Below, in pieces: positions 6,733 through 10,844 of a stretch of 10,844 bases of DNA. The notes under the pieces are model-generated. The model searched no databases. It was not told the DNA's origin and was given only the letters and a program-made list of their open reading frames with translations. The stretch's first letter is position 1. Every line of letters begins with the position of its first letter. Origin of the DNA: Promethearchaeia archaeon. GTDB taxonomy: Archaea; Asgardarchaeota; Lokiarchaeia; Sigyniarchaeales; SOKP01. The DNA lies in assembly GCA_029856105.1 (NCBI GenBank), contig JAHQWH010000010.1:1-10844 (forward strand), in the 5' to 3' direction. A program made the translations under genes and the position numbers.

Positions 6733-6880
6733 CCTATAATTTTTCAGAAATTTGGTATAAATCTTTTTAGTCGTATAAAGAAATATGATAAATAAAAATA
6801 AATTAGAAATAATCTAGAACGTTAGTATTTAATTTTTATCTTTATTAAAATCAATATAAAAATATTTCAGTTGGGATTTT

Positions 6881-7759
6881 ATGATTTTTAAAGAATTAGA
6901 CAACACAGGTTTGAAAGTTAGTGAAATTGGTATAGGGACTGAATATTTATTTAGGGAATCAAAAGAAACTACAATTGACGTAATTAATCAAGCTATTAAA
7001 AATAAGATTAATTATATTGATATTCTTTTTGTTGTTCAAAATTATCTTGAAAAATTAGCAGCAGGAATTAAGGGTCATAGAAACCAACTCATAATTACGG
7101 GGCATTTAGGGACTAAAGATAATGAAGGTAGATTTCAAAAAACAAGAGATATTGAAGAATGCAAGAAATCGTTCTTAAAAATGTTATCTATTTTAGAAAT
7201 TGATTATGTAGACATTCTTAATATACAATTTGTTACGCTAAAAGATTTACCTAAAATATTTAATACGGGAGGTTTATTGGAGTTAGCATTATCATTTCAA
7301 AAAGAAGGAAAAGCTAAATTTATTGGAATTAGTACTCATAACGCATCAATTGCCATACAGGCTGCGAATAGTGGAAAGTTTGATACGATCATGTTTCCAA
7401 TTAATTTAGCAAATCATAATTTATCTGGTAGGGACGAACTATTAACAACATGTTTGAAAAAACGAATTGGCTTAATAGCAATTAAACCTTTTGCTGGTGG
7501 AAAGCTTTTAATGCGAAACCGAACAGTATATATCGCAAAGTACCAAACTGGAGGAATTAAGCTTAAAAAAAAGATTCCTCGAGATTTATCTCCGATGCAA
7601 TGTATTAATTACGTAAATTCACTTCCAGGAGTTTCAGTTGTTCTTCCAGGTGTTAAAAATGTTGAAGAATTAAACGAGAATCTCAAATATTTAGCTCAGC
7701 AAGAAAACGATCAAGATTTTTCATCGTTAATTGAATTTTTCAAGAATGATACAAATTAA
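6881..7759 (+). CDS. Aldo/keto reductase family protein
   Basis: 'TGLKVSEIGIGT', 'INYID', 'LEIDYVDIL', 'KEGKAKFIGISTH', 'IAIKPFAGGKL' and 'VVLPGVKNVEELNENL' match the AKR TIM-barrel pattern. Confidence 0.92.
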   Translation: MIFKELDNTGLKVSEIGIGTEYLFRESKETTIDVINQAIKNKINYIDILFVVQNYLEKLAAGIKGHRNQLIITGHLGTKDNEGRFQKTRDIEECKKSFLKMLSILEIDYVDILNIQFVTLKDLPKIFNTGGLLELALSFQKEGKAKFIGISTHNASIAIQAANSGKFDTIMFPINLANHNLSGRDELLTTCLKKRIGLIAIKPFAGGKLLMRNRTVYIAKYQTGGIKLKKKIPRDLSPMQCINYVNSLPGVSVVLPGVKNVEELNENLKYLAQQENDQDFSSLIEFFKNDTN

Positions 7760-9726
7760 ATTGATTTATGCCAAATTTGCATTTTATCTGGCCCCCTATT
7801 ACTCCACGCAAAATAAGGTATTGCTGTGAATATCTCGTTGTTTGAATTTTTTCCGGTAATGATATTAATTCCCCCTAACAGTTCTGGTTTATATTTAACA
7901 ATAAATTCTTGATTTCTTGGGATAATAGTCTTAAAAATATCGAATTTTTTATTATCTTTCTGTTCTAAACAATAGATTAAAGGACCGTAAGAAATTGCCG
8001 TTCGACTTCTATTATCCTTAATTCTTGGGTCGCTTTCAATTAAATTTGGTTTCATTTTAAAAGTAAGCTGGATAATATCGTTATCTAACCAATTTCTTAA
8101 TATTTCCACATATTTCCCTTTAGAGAGCCCATCTGAGTGTTTTATACCATTAACTGTTAGCTCGGCGTTGATGCTCCAATTTGGAATTCTAAGGAATATC
8201 GAAAATTTTTGATTTTTACTTAAATTGAGGTGAATCTCTACCTTCCCTTTCCACGGAAATGAACTTTTTTGGATGATTTTAATTAAATTTAACTGGAAAT
8301 TAATATTCGTCGTATTGCCAATATATTGATGAATCCAGATGCCATTTTTTGAAGTACTATAAAAATATTGCCCTAAAGATGCAATTGTACGAGCAATATT
8401 AGGGGGGCAGCACGCGCAAAGAAACCATTCTCTCCTTTCATCTTTACCATGCGAAATTAAAGGGTTGTCGTATGTGTATTTTTTTCCATCTATAGATTGC
8501 CCAACTAACATCGCATTGTATAATATTTTCTCGATTAAATCTGCATACTTACAATTACCCGTTATTTGAAGCATCCTCCAATTCCACATCATGTTTCCAA
8601 TAGCTGCACATGTTTCAGAATAGGATTCTCTATTTCCTAAGGCAAAATCTTTTCCAAAACCTTCGATACTTCTTTCTGAACCAATCCCTCCCGTAATGTA
8701 CATTCTTGCCTTATACATTTTCAACCAAATTCTCCTAAGAGATTTTAACAAGGCGACATCACCCGTCTCAGAATAGAGATCTGCCATACCACAATAAAGA
8801 TACATCGCTCTTACAGCATGCCCAACAGGCTCAAATATGTCCCTCACTGGTTTGTTGGATTGAATGAAATTACCGTTAAAATTTTCGCGAATTATTCTTA
8901 TAAAATGTTTTATAGTAAATCCCGATACAAATTCGGCAACTTCGCTCTTTTTTATGCTCGAAATATCTTTTCCTCTAACTTCTTTTTCGTACTCTAGATT
9001 TTTTTTCTTAGCTAATTTTGTAATATATCCCATATTTAGATATTGGTTTAGAACGTATGTTTTAAAATTGGATATTTCACCCCTTCGATTAATGAATTCT
9101 TCAGCGAGTTCCAAGTAACTAGATTTATTTGTAAATCTATACAATTCAATTAGAGCTAATTCGATTTCTTCGTGCCCTGGAACCCATTTCCTTTTTCCTC
9201 CTAAAAAGTTTTTTACTAGCAAATCAGCAAATTTAATAGCTACATTTAAGAGCGTTTCTTTTCCTGTTGAAATTTTATGGGCTACCGCAGCTTGAATTAA
9301 ATGACCCGCACAATAAAGTTCGTGCATAATATAAAGATTTGTGAATCTCTCTTGAAGAAATCTCGTCGAATAGAAGGTGTTAATGTATCCGTCTTCGCTT
9401 TGACTTTTGTTTATTAGATCGACGATTTCATTCGCCTTTAATTCCAAATCGGGATCGCTGTGTGTGTGTAAAATATAACTCGTTGCCTCCAACCACTTAT
9501 ATAAATCTGAATCGTAGTAAAACTCACCTATTTGAACTCCTTTTTTAACGCCTCCAGCAACTCTAAAATTGTCAATGTGGTGATCTTGCTCTAGTTTTTC
9601 ATATTGTAAGTGAATTGAAACATCTCTATTGATCTTTTGCCTTTTTGACCAAAAATCATCGTTAATTTGAACTTTATAGAATGGAACGTAAGAAAGTATG
9701 TTATAGGGGCGTTTTATTAAGTCCAT
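7756..9726 (-). CDS. Glycoside hydrolase family 127 (beta-L-arabinofuranosidase-like cysteine glycosidase), cytoplasmic
   Basis: 'DSDLYKWLEA', 'DGYINT', 'HELYCAGHLIQAAVAH', 'PGHEEIELAL', 'VGHAVRAMYL', 'MYITGGIGS', 'YSETCAA', 'CACCPPN', 'GPLIYCLE' and 'IPYFAWSNRG' are GH127 (HypBA1-like) motifs. No signal peptide is evident. Confidence 0.95.
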   Translation of the reverse strand: MDLIKRPYNILSYVPFYKVQINDDFWSKRQKINRDVSIHLQYEKLEQDHHIDNFRVAGGVKKGVQIGEFYYDSDLYKWLEATSYILHTHSDPDLELKANEIVDLINKSQSEDGYINTFYSTRFLQERFTNLYIMHELYCAGHLIQAAVAHKISTGKETLLNVAIKFADLLVKNFLGGKRKWVPGHEEIELALIELYRFTNKSSYLELAEEFINRRGEISNFKTYVLNQYLNMGYITKLAKKKNLEYEKEVRGKDISSIKKSEVAEFVSGFTIKHFIRIIRENFNGNFIQSNKPVRDIFEPVGHAVRAMYLYCGMADLYSETGDVALLKSLRRIWLKMYKARMYITGGIGSERSIEGFGKDFALGNRESYSETCAAIGNMMWNWRMLQITGNCKYADLIEKILYNAMLVGQSIDGKKYTYDNPLISHGKDERREWFLCACCPPNIARTIASLGQYFYSTSKNGIWIHQYIGNTTNINFQLNLIKIIQKSSFPWKGKVEIHLNLSKNQKFSIFLRIPNWSINAELTVNGIKHSDGLSKGKYVEILRNWLDNDIIQLTFKMKPNLIESDPRIKDNRSRTAISYGPLIYCLEQKDNKKFDIFKTIIPRNQEFIVKYKPELLGGINIITGKNSNNEIFTAIPYFAWSNRGPDKMQIWHKSI

Positions 9727-9756
9727 AAATCTAAAAATTAAACATTAATAATTTAA

Positions 9757-10844
9757 TTATTTATTATTCTTTGAACTAAATAACTTTTCTTTTAAGCGAT
9801 CAATTTTCTCTATATGTAAAATACTTACTTGTCGTTTCATCTCTTTATATTCCTTACTAGCACCATCAAGCGGATAATACCATAATGAAATTAATCCCAC
9901 TATAATAAAGATTGCTGGAATTAGCCCAATCAACAACTTAATTCCAATTATTGCGCTTGCTGGCTGAGTTTCACCTACTCCTAAATTTTGATTAAAATTG
10001 GTAAAAGCGAATATATATCCTGAAATCATCGCGGAAACCGATTGAGCTGGTTTGGTAACAAGCGCGTTAACCCCAAAAAACGCGCCTTCTCTTCTCTGAT
10101 TCGTGGCTAATTCGTCTTTATCAATAATATCCGCTAATAATGTGAAAACCAACAAAGTTTGACCTGAATAGCCAAATCCAATTATCATAAAAGAAATATT
10201 AGCGAAAAGTGGGTTGTTCGAAAAAGTAACTAATATAAAACCAAAAACTACTATTATCGAAAGATAAAATAAAGCTCTTTTATTTCCTTTCTTTTTGTTT
10301 AGATATAAACCTACGGGGTATCCAAAAATAGAAAATATAATAAACATTAGTAAAGGGGTCGAACCAAGTATGTTGTCGCTTGACACCCCCAACACGTCAG
10401 CCATATAAAACGGCAAATTCGATTGAATCGCAAACACTACGTAAGTCATCATAAAATTAAATATCACAAAAGTTAAAAATGCCTTATTTTTAAGCGTCAT
10501 TTTGGTACTATACCATATGCTTAGTTTCTCTGATTTTTCTGGTAAAAATTCAGGACGCTCTTTAATACCAAATGCTGTAAATGCTAAAAATATAGCCCCA
10601 AATATAGCAAGAATCAATACGATGTAATAGAAGGCTGGCAAATTTTTAGAAAAAGGAACGGCATCGAGATCAATAAATAATATAGGAAGGAGGTAAGTAA
10701 TGGAAATCCCAAAACCAGAACCAACGCCTGCAAATAAGTTTAATTTAGCGCGCTCATTTGGGTCGATAGTTAACTCTGCCATAAGCGAATTAAAGTTCAA
10801 ACCAATTATCGTGAAAAAACTATCGTAAATAATTAAAGTCGTTA
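9757..10844 (-). CDS. MFS transporter, GPH/MelB (glycoside-pentoside-hexuronide:cation symporter) family; 5' end outside window
   Basis: 'ELTIDPNERAKLN', 'GIKER', 'LKNKAF', 'LADIIDKDELATNQRREGAFFG' and 'YYPL' are GPH motifs. The frame stays open to the window edge (TTLIIYDSFFTIIG precedes the TTG at 10800), so the true start is upstream. Confidence 0.93.
   Translation of the reverse strand, partial: TTLIIYDSFFTIIGLNFNSLMAELTIDPNERAKLNLFAGVGSGFGISITYLLPILFIDLDAVPFSKNLPAFYYIVLILAIFGAIFLAFTAFGIKERPEFLPEKSEKLSIWYSTKMTLKNKAFLTFVIFNFMMTYVVFAIQSNLPFYMADVLGVSSDNILGSTPLLMFIIFSIFGYPVGLYLNKKKGNKRALFYLSIIVVFGFILVTFSNNPLFANISFMIIGFGYSGQTLLVFTLLADIIDKDELATNQRREGAFFGVNALVTKPAQSVSAMISGYIFAFTNFNQNLGVGETQPASAIIGIKLLIGLIPAIFIIVGLISLWYYPLDGASKEYKEMKRQVSILHIEKIDRLKEKLFSSKNNK

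Noticed and set aside
7760-7816. In-frame CxxC (IDLCQICILSGP) just after the AKR stop, resembling a remnant Fe-S domain
   Set aside because: It is the reverse complement of the conserved GH127 C-terminus (NRGPDKMQIWH), it lacks the third Cys/CP, and the intervening stop is TAA.
8864-9118. 84-aa plus-strand ORF coinciding with the GH127 insertion
   Set aside because: It is in antisense register with GH127 and has no motifs. No terminal repeats or target duplication suggest an inserted element.
1-10844. CRISPR arrays, IS elements, tRNA/rRNA genes, tandem repeats
   Set aside because: None seen. All intergenic gaps are under 190 bp and AT-rich without repeated units, and there is no transposase or integrase ORF.

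Overview
AT-rich archaeal chromosomal segment, most likely from an Asgard archaeon (Lokiarchaeia-like). This is an inference from archaeal-type informational genes occurring together with a small GTPase that carries all five RabF motifs. The left part is the conserved archaeal cluster pus10 (3' end) - rpl21e - rpo4/rpoF - DUF655 - ksgA/rsmA - HemK2-type release-factor methyltransferase. It is followed by a convergent, apparently stand-alone NurA-family nuclease, a CPBP/Rce1-like (CAAX) intramembrane protease, the Rab-like GTPase, a GNAT acetyltransferase and an aldo/keto reductase. The right end holds a minus-strand GPH/MelB-family sugar transporter (5' end outside the window) and a GH127 beta-L-arabinofuranosidase-like gene. 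I found no RNA genes, CRISPR arrays or mobile elements. The best leads are the tail-less Rab-like GTPase with Q-to-E and N-to-S substitutions flanked by a CAAX-type protease and a GNAT, the orphan NurA, the in-frame TAG-ATG junction between ksgA and the release-factor methylase, a long amphipathic insertion in GH127, and two intergenic palindromes. The sequence alone does not prove a new system; these are hypotheses.
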